Below are positions 40,178-49,159 of a stretch of DNA of 64,000 nucleotides, in pieces. A program made the translations under genes and the position numbers. Position 1 is the stretch's first letter. Every line of letters starts with the position of its first letter. Source of the DNA: Promethearchaeota archaeon (GTDB lineage Archaea > Asgardarchaeota > Hermodarchaeia > Hermodarchaeales > Hermodarchaeaceae); contig JBHLPH010000009.1 in NCBI GenBank assembly GCA_048939625.1, forward strand, positions 1-64,000, written 5' to 3'. The notes beneath the pieces were generated by a model. That model searched no databases. It worked only from the letters and a program-made list of their open reading frames with translations, and had not been told where the DNA came from.

Positions 40178-41014
40178 ATGACTTCGACGGGAAAGACTTT
40201 GTCAAAACCACGATTCTCTATTGATGATAAGATATGGCTCCGCCAATCCCCTTCTCTCGAAGAGGCCAGTGTATTAATTCAAAATGCAATTTCACAAAAA
40301 CGTTTCATCCTAATTATTGGAGTTTGTTTTGTTGAGTACCAGGGGCGAGCCCGTTCAATTCTAACTGAAGGGGAACGCCTTGTTCTCATAAAACGGGATG
40401 GCACGATACTTGTGCATAAGGAAAGTGGGGTTGAACCATTAAATTGGCAACCGCCTGGTGCAACAATGAAAGTCACATACGAGGAGGATACTCTCATTCT
40501 TTATGCTAATCGTGCTAAACCCCGTGAAACTGTTCGTATTGAATTTTCCTCCCTCACAATGCTAAGTGCTAGCCTGTTAGATGATCCAGGTGAATTCAGT
40601 ATGTATCTAACTGAAGATGAAATGCAACAGGTTCTTAGCACCCACCCCGAACTTATTGAGCCTGGTCTCCGGACCATTGGTCGAGAGCGTCAAGTCGCTC
40701 CCGGGTTCATTGATATATTTGCTCGCGATAGTGACGGACGTTTAGTGATTATTGAGGTGAAGCGCCGTCGAGCTGACAGCGAAGCAGTGCACCAACTTCA
40801 TGGCTATCTCAAAAGCTTTCAGAGTGAAGAGGGTACAGATATCCGAGGAATACTTGTTGCTCCAAGTCTTACTAAAGGTACTTTCACACTCTTAGAACAA
40901 CTTGGTTTGGAATATCGCAAAATTGAACCACAACAATGTGCAGCATATCTGCTTCAGAATAGTTCACATAAACTAACCGATTTCATTGCAAATTCGGAAC
41001 CAGACGAAGGCTAG
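40178..41014 (+). CDS. nucS: Mismatch-specific endonuclease NucS/EndoMS
   Basis: Y.GRA.S.L, K.DG...H, P.NWQPP, ID, E.KR, QL..Y. Confidence 0.95.
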   Translation: MTSTGKTLSKPRFSIDDKIWLRQSPSLEEASVLIQNAISQKRFILIIGVCFVEYQGRARSILTEGERLVLIKRDGTILVHKESGVEPLNWQPPGATMKVTYEEDTLILYANRAKPRETVRIEFSSLTMLSASLLDDPGEFSMYLTEDEMQQVLSTHPELIEPGLRTIGRERQVAPGFIDIFARDSDGRLVIIEVKRRRADSEAVHQLHGYLKSFQSEEGTDIRGILVAPSLTKGTFTLLEQLGLEYRKIEPQQCAAYLLQNSSHKLTDFIANSEPDEG

Positions 41015-41556
41015 CTAATACATGACCAGGCGATTTGTCTAAAGGCATCAGTAACACCCTGCCCTTCCTTCGCACTAGTCTCAAAATATCCCCAACCAAG
41101 CTGTTGTGCGTACGCCATTCCTTCATCAGTTGTAATCTGGCGTTCAACAGTTAAATCCACTTTGTTAGCCAACAACACAGTTGGTACAGCACCGGTAACC
41201 TGAGACACTTCGGTATACCACGCGGGGAGAGCATCAAATGTCTGACGGCGAGTCACATCATATACTAAAATCACACCTGCTGCTCCCCGATAAAATACCG
41301 GACGAACCGAACTAAAATGTGGTTGTCCAGCAAGATCCCATAACTGTAATCTGACTAGCGTATCTCCAAAATCGAGTTCTTTGACCGCGAAACTCGTACC
41401 AACTTTCATGTCCCATCTGAATTACAGATGGAATGTCATGATGTACGATTCGCGGAAATGTCCTTCAGTGTAACGGATGATAAGGCTGGTTTTTCCAACA
41501 GCCCCATCACCGACAACACAGACTTTGAGAACATACTGGCGTTGTTGTACACTCAT
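41011..41556 (-). CDS. Rab/Ras-like small GTPase, 171 aa after removal of a predicted 30-nt BHB intron: join(41556..41435, 41404..41011)
   Basis: AGGAG SD then ATG 41556; G1 GDGAVGKTS, G2 YIMT|VG restored by splicing, G3 WDLAGQ, G4 NKVD, G5 TSAK. The ORF track shows only the 3' part (41011..41409). Confidence 0.9.
41405..41434 (-). other. Predicted bulge-helix-bulge intron in mRNA (ATTCCATCTGTAATTCAGATGGGACATGAA)
   Basis: CAUG-AC^A-[UUCCAUCUG-uaauu-CAGAUGGGA]-CAUG-AA^A with exon-exon helix UCGUAC/GUACGA; contains in-frame TAA. Confidence 0.85.
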
Positions 41557-41726
41557 GTAGCCTTGCTCCTAGCGAGGGCTCAGTTTGTTTGACTTTCGTT
41601 TGTAAGCATATATTGGTTTCGTTCATCATGGGCATTTAGGGGTAGGTAATTAATTTCGCCCAATGATTTTTATGCTGTTGAAGATTCGTAGCCTTACGAT
41701 AGGAATTTATGGAGTAGCGTTTTACA

Positions 41727-44699
41727 ATGCCGGTTTCAGAGCTCCCAAAGAAATTCGATATTCCTTCCTTAGAACAGGAGATACTGCAGTTCTGGAAGAA
41801 ACACCAAGTGTATGAAAAAGTCACTGAACTACTTCGTGATCGTCCTATCTTCCAATTCCTGGATGGTCCACCCTATACAACTGGTGCCATTCACCTTGGA
41901 ACAGCTTGGAACAAGATCATGAAAGATTTAATTCTAAGGTATCACCGAATGCGAGGTTTTCGAGTTATCGATACACCGGGATATGACATGCATGGATTAC
42001 CCATAGAGGTTCATGTTGAGAAAGAGCTGGGAGTTAAATCGAAACTTGATATTGAAAAGACAATTGGAGTTGACAAATTCATCCAAAGGTGTCAAGAATT
42101 TGCGCTCTCAAATTTAGATACTATGACGAAGCAATTTCAGCGATTAGGAGTTTGGATGGATTGGAATCGTCCTTACCGAACAATAGATAATCCCTACATT
42201 GAAGGAACTTGGTACTTGATGAAAAAGGCCCATGAACGCGGTTTCCTGTACCGGGGGTTGCGTTCTATTGATTGTTGTGTTCGGTGTGAAACAGCCATTG
42301 CGAAACGAGAACATGAGTATCATACCATTGAAGATTATTCAATTTGGGTTAAGTTCCCGATTGTTGATCGACCAAACGAATTCATAGTCATTTGGACCAC
42401 AACGCCTTGGACGTTACCGGCTAATATGGGCGTAATGGTCAATCCCGACTTCGAATATGTCAGAATTCGTGTGGATGATGAAGTATGGATTCTCGCAAAA
42501 GGACTTGCAAATGTTATTCTCCAAGCACTCTTAGACAAATCTTACGAAGTTCTTGAAGTAGTAAAAGGCTCAGATCTTCTCGGTCTCCGCTATAAACATC
42601 CCTTGACAGAGGAAGTTCCTCGTCAAGCAGAATTCCATCAAGAATATACTAAAGTGCATTCTATTGTTCTAAGCGATGAATATGTTACTCTAGAACAAGG
42701 AACAGGTCTAGTTCACATGGCGCCTGGACATGGTCCCCAAGACTTTGAAGTGGGTGAACGGGAAGAAATTCCTATTTTCTGTCCAGTTACGCTTTCTGGT
42801 GTTTTTTCAAAGGATGGTGGAAAATACGCAGGGATGAAGGTTCAAGAAGCCAATGAAGTAATTCTTACTGATCTACGAAAGAAAGGCCTGCTAGTTCACC
42901 AAGATACCATTGAGCACGAATACGCTCACTGCTGGCGATGTGGTAGCCCATTAGTCTATCTCGCTACAGATCAATGGTTCTTACGGGTGAGCGACCTTCG
43001 TAACGAGATAATCAAAAAGAATGAGGGTGTCCGATGGATACCTGATTGGGCAGGGCATACATGGTTTCGAAACTGGGTGCAAAATCTTCGGGATTGGTGT
43101 ATATCACGACAACGTTATTGGGGCTCACCTCTACCCATTTGGACCTGCGATAAATGCGATCATATCGAAGTTATCGGTAGTGCAGACGAATTAGCTGAAA
43201 AAAGTGGAAAGGTTGTTGAAAACCTTCATAAACCCTGGATTGATGAACCAACCTGGGGCTGTCCAAAATGTAAGGGTACAATGTCCCGGGTTCGCGATGT
43301 TTTAGATGTGTGGTTAGAAAGTGGATCTGCACCTTGGGCCACACGGTGGGCAACATATGGCACGAAAGATTTTGACAATTGGGAAACAGCGGAATTTATC
43401 ATTGAAGGCAAGGATCAAGTTAGCAGTTGGTTCAACACGCTCTTCAACTCAACTATGCTAGTTTCAGATCGAGAACCTTACAGAAACGTGTATATGCATG
43501 GATTCACCACCGATGAACATGGGCGACCGATGTCAAAATCAAAGGGTGTTGGAGTATTACCCGATGAAATAGTAGAGAAAGTAGGCGCAGAGACTCTCCG
43601 AATCTACAGCATCAAAAGTACCAGTCCCGGTGAAGACATGCATTTTCTATGGAAAGATGTTGAGGATACACGACGAAGCCTATCGATTTTATGGAACGTC
43701 TACGTTTTTGCTACTACTTTCATGAAAGCTGCGAACTACGATCCCAAGAAGCACAAATTTGAACCTAATAAGTTCCAGGATGAGGATCGTTGGATTCTTT
43801 CTCAGCTAAATCACCTCATCGAACAAGTAAGTGAGCGATTGGATAATTACGAATTACCATATGTCCCTCGGTTGATGGAAGACTTCATAGTCCGTGATCT
43901 TAGTCGATGGTATATCAAACTCATTCGTCCGAGAACTTGGATAAGCTCTAAAGATGAAACCAAAACTGCTGCATTCACAACGTTATACCATGTATTACGT
44001 ACGCTTCTGAGAGTTCTTGCTCCAGTTTTACCGTTTTTAACAGAGAAGATGTATCAGACACTTGTTCGTTCTGTCGAACCTGATGCACCAATTAGTGTTC
44101 ATATGCTCTCTTGGCCGTCTTCGGATTCGAAATTAATTGATCCCGAATTAAGCCAAGAAATGGAGTGGGTATCTGAAATCGTTGAAACCACACAGTATAT
44201 TCGCCAAGAAGAAGGGATAAAACTGCGGTGGCCTTGTCAACGCCTAATAATAGTACCATCAAAGAAGGAATTTCAATTAGACCACTTTAGCGAAGTTGTC
44301 GCCAATCAAACTAATGTTAAAACCGTAGATATTCAGAAAAGCGCAAAGGGGAAATCATTGAAAGAGAAGGAACTTTCCTTTGCTACATTATATCTTGATA
44401 TATCAGAATCTCCTGAACTCCGCGCCGAACGCCTTTCCCGAGATTTAATCCGTCAAATCCAAGCCACTAGAAAAAGGGAAGGTCTTCACGTGACACAAAA
44501 CATCGAGCTCTATGTAGCATCTCCTTCAGAGGATATTAGACAGGCGATAAAGGATATGAGTGAAGCCATCTCAACGAAAGTAGGAGCAATTAAGTTGAGT
44601 ATTAATGAAAGTATACCTGAGATAGCAAAAGCTGCTAAAGGAAAACTAACATTCAATGACCTTGAAATTAGCTTCACCTTTATCGTACAAAAGGAATAG
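41727..44699 (+). CDS. ileS: Isoleucine--tRNA ligase
   Basis: DGPPY, HLGT (HIGH), WTTTPWTLP.N, GTGLVH.APGHG, WCISRQRYWG, PMSKS. Confidence 0.97.
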   Translation: MPVSELPKKFDIPSLEQEILQFWKKHQVYEKVTELLRDRPIFQFLDGPPYTTGAIHLGTAWNKIMKDLILRYHRMRGFRVIDTPGYDMHGLPIEVHVEKELGVKSKLDIEKTIGVDKFIQRCQEFALSNLDTMTKQFQRLGVWMDWNRPYRTIDNPYIEGTWYLMKKAHERGFLYRGLRSIDCCVRCETAIAKREHEYHTIEDYSIWVKFPIVDRPNEFIVIWTTTPWTLPANMGVMVNPDFEYVRIRVDDEVWILAKGLANVILQALLDKSYEVLEVVKGSDLLGLRYKHPLTEEVPRQAEFHQEYTKVHSIVLSDEYVTLEQGTGLVHMAPGHGPQDFEVGEREEIPIFCPVTLSGVFSKDGGKYAGMKVQEANEVILTDLRKKGLLVHQDTIEHEYAHCWRCGSPLVYLATDQWFLRVSDLRNEIIKKNEGVRWIPDWAGHTWFRNWVQNLRDWCISRQRYWGSPLPIWTCDKCDHIEVIGSADELAEKSGKVVENLHKPWIDEPTWGCPKCKGTMSRVRDVLDVWLESGSAPWATRWATYGTKDFDNWETAEFIIEGKDQVSSWFNTLFNSTMLVSDREPYRNVYMHGFTTDEHGRPMSKSKGVGVLPDEIVEKVGAETLRIYSIKSTSPGEDMHFLWKDVEDTRRSLSILWNVYVFATTFMKAANYDPKKHKFEPNKFQDEDRWILSQLNHLIEQVSERLDNYELPYVPRLMEDFIVRDLSRWYIKLIRPRTWISSKDETKTAAFTTLYHVLRTLLRVLAPVLPFLTEKMYQTLVRSVEPDAPISVHMLSWPSSDSKLIDPELSQEMEWVSEIVETTQYIRQEEGIKLRWPCQRLIIVPSKKEFQLDHFSEVVANQTNVKTVDIQKSAKGKSLKEKELSFATLYLDISESPELRAERLSRDLIRQIQATRKREGLHVTQNIELYVASPSEDIRQAIKDMSEAISTKVGAIKLSINESIPEIAKAAKGKLTFNDLEISFTFIVQKE

Positions 44700-44746
44700 G
44701 TGTGCCAATACATTTAAGCTAAGGGAAATTATCTCAACTTCCATAA

Positions 44747-44892
44747 GGGCACGTGGCTTAGCCTGATGGAGCGCCGAACTACCGCGCTTAACGCGTGGAG
44801 TGTGTATGCCTTATATGGAGTCGCTCCGAACATTCGTTTGCGAAACCTAGGTAAGCCGGAGGTCGCGGGTTTGAATCCCGCCGTGCCCACCA
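44747..44892 (+). tRNA. tRNA-Ile(UAU) with two BHB introns: 29/30 (44777..44807) and 37/38 (44816..44853); CCA encoded
   Basis: Acceptor GGGCACG/CGTGCCC-A-CCA; spliced anticodon arm CCGGC-CT-TAT-AA-GCCGG; BHB helices GCGC/GUGU and CUUA/UAGG. Confidence 0.87.
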
Positions 44893-44895
44893 CTC

Positions 44896-46428
44896 TTATT
44901 TGGATTTTCCTTTTCTTCTCTGTTCAAATTTCTTAGCCACTGTTTCGAAGTCTTCACCGAAAGCAGTTTCTTTGGTTTTCCGTTCACGCACTTGAATAAA
45001 GACAGGGTATCGCGTAGCTTGCCCTACTACTAATGCTTCTCCTACACTGAGGCTTGAAATCGATGTTAAGGTTGCTTTAGTGATTTTTTCAGAAGTAGCT
45101 CTTATGTGATCTAAGTCATATGGATTAGTAATTCGAAGAAAAATATTCGAACCACATTGTGAAAGAACCGTTGTTGAGAGTCGAACAGGTCGTTGGGAAA
45201 TTACACACAAGGAGAGGCTGTATTTTCGACCCTCCCGAGCAATGGTTTCAAGAATACCCTTTGAAAAAGCAAGAGCCCGTCGAGCCTCTGGGCAGAATTG
45301 ATGGCTTTCTTCAAGAAATACAATTGTAGGGGGAATTTCTTCATCTCGTCGTAAGTCAAAAAGATGACGAAGAATAGCATCCACGATAATCTGCTTCTTT
45401 TGCAAACTCACTGTCTCGCTCATATCGAGAATCACCCCATGACCAGGCTTCATGAGCTTCTTCCATTCCGGGGTTGAAGTCTTTCCGAATAGATTGAGAC
45501 TTTGCAGATTGTCTAACCATCCAAGAAGCGCTTCCCTTGTACGGGTATTAATTGAAGGATCTTTTTCTAAGGCTGATATCAAATCGCTTAAATCATAAGG
45601 TTGTCCTTTTCGGACAGACCGTAGAGTTCTAATTACTCTAGTTAACTCACGAACTTGGATAGTACCCATTTCAGGTGAATAGGTAGCAAAGGCTTTTGCG
45701 TTCATCGCTGGTGTGGCAAGTTCAATTAATGGACTCCGAATTACTACTAACCGTTCCTCAGCATCTTTTCCCCTTATCTCTTGAGATTCTGTTAAACCGG
45801 TATATTCACCATGAACATCAATTACTAAAACTGCTGGACGTCCTTGGCTGGCTTTCCTGGAAAAGAGCTCTTCTAGCATAACAGCAGCAGCATAACTTTT
45901 ACCTGCTCCACTCATGGCTAAGAGGGCAACGTGTTTCTGATATAACTTAGTTAAATTGAACAAAGCGGGAACATTATGAAAAAGTAACTGACCAAGATGA
46001 AGGCCATCCTTTTCAAATCCCAGGAAATCAGATAGCAGTTTTGAGTCTGGTGTAGAAACAACTGCACCGGGTGAGGGTGGGTAAGTAATACGTTGAATAC
46101 GCCCTTTCTCAAAAATCCCCAACGGTTTAGCTTGTGCTAAGACATATTCCCACCGATCGATAGGAAAAATTGCTCCAAAGGGTTTTCCTTGGCGCGTAAA
46201 CTCGTGCACGGCATCAACTTGCGAGAAATAACGATTTGTCTTGAAAACCTGTTCGACATGGGCAATTACCACTCCCTCTTCAGTTTCAACTGAAACGTAC
46301 TGTCCAACATGAACGGGTATCTTTCTATCATTATTTAGTTCATCACGTTTTCCGATGACAAAGGATATCTTCTCTGTCGACGGGCCATCTTCTGTGCATA
46401 CAACAGTTCCAAGTGTTTCCTGGGTCAT
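44896..46428 (-). CDS. herA: HerA DNA helicase/translocase
   Basis: HAS barrel, H.A.LA.SGAGKS, D.HGEY, EESH.F.P, IAREGRKY, SQRP. Confidence 0.92.
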   Translation of the reverse strand: MTQETLGTVVCTEDGPSTEKISFVIGKRDELNNDRKIPVHVGQYVSVETEEGVVIAHVEQVFKTNRYFSQVDAVHEFTRQGKPFGAIFPIDRWEYVLAQAKPLGIFEKGRIQRITYPPSPGAVVSTPDSKLLSDFLGFEKDGLHLGQLLFHNVPALFNLTKLYQKHVALLAMSGAGKSYAAAVMLEELFSRKASQGRPAVLVIDVHGEYTGLTESQEIRGKDAEERLVVIRSPLIELATPAMNAKAFATYSPEMGTIQVRELTRVIRTLRSVRKGQPYDLSDLISALEKDPSINTRTREALLGWLDNLQSLNLFGKTSTPEWKKLMKPGHGVILDMSETVSLQKKQIIVDAILRHLFDLRRDEEIPPTIVFLEESHQFCPEARRALAFSKGILETIAREGRKYSLSLCVISQRPVRLSTTVLSQCGSNIFLRITNPYDLDHIRATSEKITKATLTSISSLSVGEALVVGQATRYPVFIQVRERKTKETAFGEDFETVAKKFEQRRKGKSK

Positions 46429-46445
46429 TTGATGTTCACCTTCTC

Positions 46446-47618
46446 TTAATGAAACGGCATTCTTTCCCGACGGAGTTTCAACAGACTCTGAGGATAACCT
46501 ATTCGATTTGCTAATTGCGTAAATAGAAAGTCAAGATCACGTTCAATTAACCGCGCCTGAGAATCTGCGTCAATGAGCACAGTGGGAAGAGCAAATCCTT
46601 CATTCTCAGAGGACATTGGAAGTAGTATCGAACTTACTTTTTCTACAATCCGCGCTGGATCAAAGGAACCTGTAAAAATCTCAATTCTTAGAGGATAATC
46701 AAATTGCGCGGTTCGCAGATAAATACAGACAAGATTTCTATTGTTTAAGACATCCTCAGCATCCACCTCAAGTGAGTCATCGAATTTTTCTCCATTTAAT
46801 CGCATTATTGGTGATCGTTCACCAACATCAAGTGTTCTGAAAAAGAAATCAGTATCGTAACTGGTTCGTAATATTGTTCGATAATCCATCTGTAACAAGG
46901 ATTTCAAACCTGCATGTTGTTTTATCAGATGTGGTAGAATCTCGCCAAATATCTTAATGAATAGTTGGCTTCGACTATCTTTCACAACTCCAGCTAGCAA
47001 CGTTCCTGTTTCACGAGTTTTTTCATAAAGTTCATCAAAGAGTGCTGTAATCCGTTCATATTTTGCCGAGAATACTGATTGATTGGAAGGCCGATCACTG
47101 ATATGTGGCCTTAGTGACCCATCTAGTAAAAGCAGTTCTACAGGATGATGATCTTGAACGCGGATTGCCAATTCAAGTTCAGCCCTGAGTCTTTCGAGAG
47201 AAGCACTCACCTCTGCTTCACGCCAAGATATGGGATTTAATTCTGCTTTCACCGTCGGGGGCGTCGATTTTTCAGGAAAATAGATTGCTGATACCCGATT
47301 TGATGGTGTAAACTCAAAAATTGTAGCACAAGCACGGGTAATTACAAGTTCGATACCTCGCAGGGTCTTCTTAAGGAGTCCTCCATCAACACCACCCACG
47401 CGCAGTCCAGTAAGATCAATTGGTTTCACGGTTTGTGCAAGTTGAGCATCACATAGATACTGTTGGGCTAACGGAATGTTTTCATGTAAATTCAGCCTTT
47501 GACGTTCACCTCGAATTATCGATGCAAACGAATTTCTTTTTTCTTCAATGACCTGAATTTTATCTGCAATCTTCTGTATCGTCTCATCGAGCGCCCAAAG
47601 CTCCCTAATTGTTTTCAT
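46446..47618 (-). CDS. nurA: NurA nuclease
   Basis: GVDG, LLDGSL, GVVK.S, P..L..AD; paired with herA. Confidence 0.9.
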   Translation of the reverse strand: MKTIRELWALDETIQKIADKIQVIEEKRNSFASIIRGERQRLNLHENIPLAQQYLCDAQLAQTVKPIDLTGLRVGGVDGGLLKKTLRGIELVITRACATIFEFTPSNRVSAIYFPEKSTPPTVKAELNPISWREAEVSASLERLRAELELAIRVQDHHPVELLLLDGSLRPHISDRPSNQSVFSAKYERITALFDELYEKTRETGTLLAGVVKDSRSQLFIKIFGEILPHLIKQHAGLKSLLQMDYRTILRTSYDTDFFFRTLDVGERSPIMRLNGEKFDDSLEVDAEDVLNNRNLVCIYLRTAQFDYPLRIEIFTGSFDPARIVEKVSSILLPMSSENEGFALPTVLIDADSQARLIERDLDFLFTQLANRIGYPQSLLKLRRERMPFH

Positions 47619-47702
47619 TTAGGCTAGCCCCTTCTACATTTTCACAGTTTAACTAGTCAATGTCTAAAATTAAATCGTGGTAACACTCTATAAACGCAAC
47701 CA

Positions 47703-48290
47703 ATGTCATCCCTTATCCCCCCTCTAGAAGATGCCCGGAAGCTGCTTTATGAAATCATTTCCGATCCTCAGATACGACGGCATTGTGAAGCAACTCGGAT
47801 TAAGGCAGTACAAATTGCAAATATGATAGCAACAAAGGTCCAATGTGATATAGATTTAGTAGAAATTGGTGGGCTGCTGCATGATATCGGTCGAGCTAAG
47901 AAACATGATGTGACACACGGGTATGTTGGGGGACAGTTATTACTCAAACATCAATATCCCAAAGGCATTAGAAAGATAGTTGAAAAACACGTTTTGGGCG
48001 GATTTACAAAATTTGAAGCAGAAACCTTGGGATTGCCAAACCGGGACTTTATTCCCGAAACCTGGGAAGAAAAAATTGTATGTGTTGCTGATAAACTAAG
48101 AATATATGAGTGGGATGGAATATCTCAACCCCAAGATTGGCTAACTGAGGTCAATAAACGTTTTTCAAAACTAACTCAACATTTTGGCTCAGGAGAACCT
48201 TATCATTCATCGATGGAACGGGCTAGGCAGTTCACACAGGAATTGGCAGTTCAAGCTGGGTCTAGCTTAAACATTAAGGAACCAAAATAA
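47703..48290 (+). CDS. HD-domain phosphohydrolase (TIGR00295-like)
   Basis: H...LLHDIGR...H...G, EKH, P.T.EEKIV..ADKL. Confidence 0.85.
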   Translation: MSSLIPPLEDARKLLYEIISDPQIRRHCEATRIKAVQIANMIATKVQCDIDLVEIGGLLHDIGRAKKHDVTHGYVGGQLLLKHQYPKGIRKIVEKHVLGGFTKFEAETLGLPNRDFIPETWEEKIVCVADKLRIYEWDGISQPQDWLTEVNKRFSKLTQHFGSGEPYHSSMERARQFTQELAVQAGSSLNIKEPK

Positions 48291-49065
48291 TGGAAAAAAG
48301 TGGTGGATAAATCACCAATGCCAAAACAAAGACGATTACTGTGGTCAGAAGTGGAACCGTAAGATTATCAGCACCAGCGGGGCTAAAAGCTTCGATTATA
48401 GTTGCAGACAAAGCACAGATGAAGCTGAGAATGAGTATTTGTAATATATTGAAAATTGGGAAACCACCTGTGGCAAAATAATCCAGAAACAACCAACAAA
48501 TCCAGCTGCCAAAGAAGGATCCGAAAAATACAGCTATGGATCCCTCAACACTTCGAGTTGCTTTCCAGATTGTATACTTATGTTTGCCGAACTTCATTCC
48601 CACTATGGGGGCGATTCCGTCTCCAAGATACATGGCCGTTAGAGCCATTGCCGCAAGCACATAAACGGGAGTCAATGGGGGAATAAGTGTGAAAATTGAT
48701 ACTAGAATCGTTATTGAAATTGCATATAGAAAAGGTCCCCAAATATGTCCTGAGAGATAATCTTCTTCGCGCGCCATTACCTCGAACATGGTTTTGAGAC
48801 TCTTAATAGGGCTTTTGGGGGATGCAAGGAAAATCAGAATGACAAAAGAAACGGCCACGATAATTGCTGCCCAAGCATGTGTGTAAAATGGGATTGTGAA
48901 AACAGAGAACCCAGCAAATAGGTGAATAAATTTTCGAGTCATTGCAGGAGGGTAATTACGCCATCTTCGCAAGCCTTCCCCGATAACCAGAACACCAATA
49001 ACCCAAATGAATGCAATAGCCAGAACGATTAAATCAGTTGAAGTGGGGAACGCTGGTTGCATCAT
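48274..49065 (-). CDS. Phytol/dolichol kinase-like membrane protein (CTP-dependent)
   Basis: RKFIH, GDG.A..VG..FG, RS.EGS, DNL.VP. Confidence 0.85.
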   Translation of the reverse strand: MMQPAFPTSTDLIVLAIAFIWVIGVLVIGEGLRRWRNYPPAMTRKFIHLFAGFSVFTIPFYTHAWAAIIVAVSFVILIFLASPKSPIKSLKTMFEVMAREEDYLSGHIWGPFLYAISITILVSIFTLIPPLTPVYVLAAMALTAMYLGDGIAPIVGMKFGKHKYTIWKATRSVEGSIAVFFGSFFGSWICWLFLDYFATGGFPIFNILQILILSFICALSATIIEAFSPAGADNLTVPLLTTVIVFVLALVIYPPLFSIILVP

Positions 49066-49159
49066 ACACCACCTACTTCATTCGTTTCGCGTCTTATACT
49101 TTCAACTATTTATACTGGGTGGGAGCCATCAAAGATTCTTTAAGGTGAGAAGTATTTCT

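Noticed and set aside
41011-41025. C-terminal SCIS as a prenylation signal
   Set aside because: Not CC, CXC or CaaX, and there is no hypervariable tail
41422-41424. In-frame stop in the GTPase as Sec/Pyl recoding or readthrough
   Set aside because: The codon is TAA, and readthrough would leave a 10-aa insertion in switch I
41405-41440. Rab insert as a MITE-like insertion with a CATGA target-site duplication, or a simple pseudogene
   Set aside because: Precise excision under that model yields IMKVG and loses the conserved G2 Thr. The repeat is explained by the palindromic CAUG/CAUG BHB helix, and all G-motifs are otherwise intact. Not formally excluded without RNA data.
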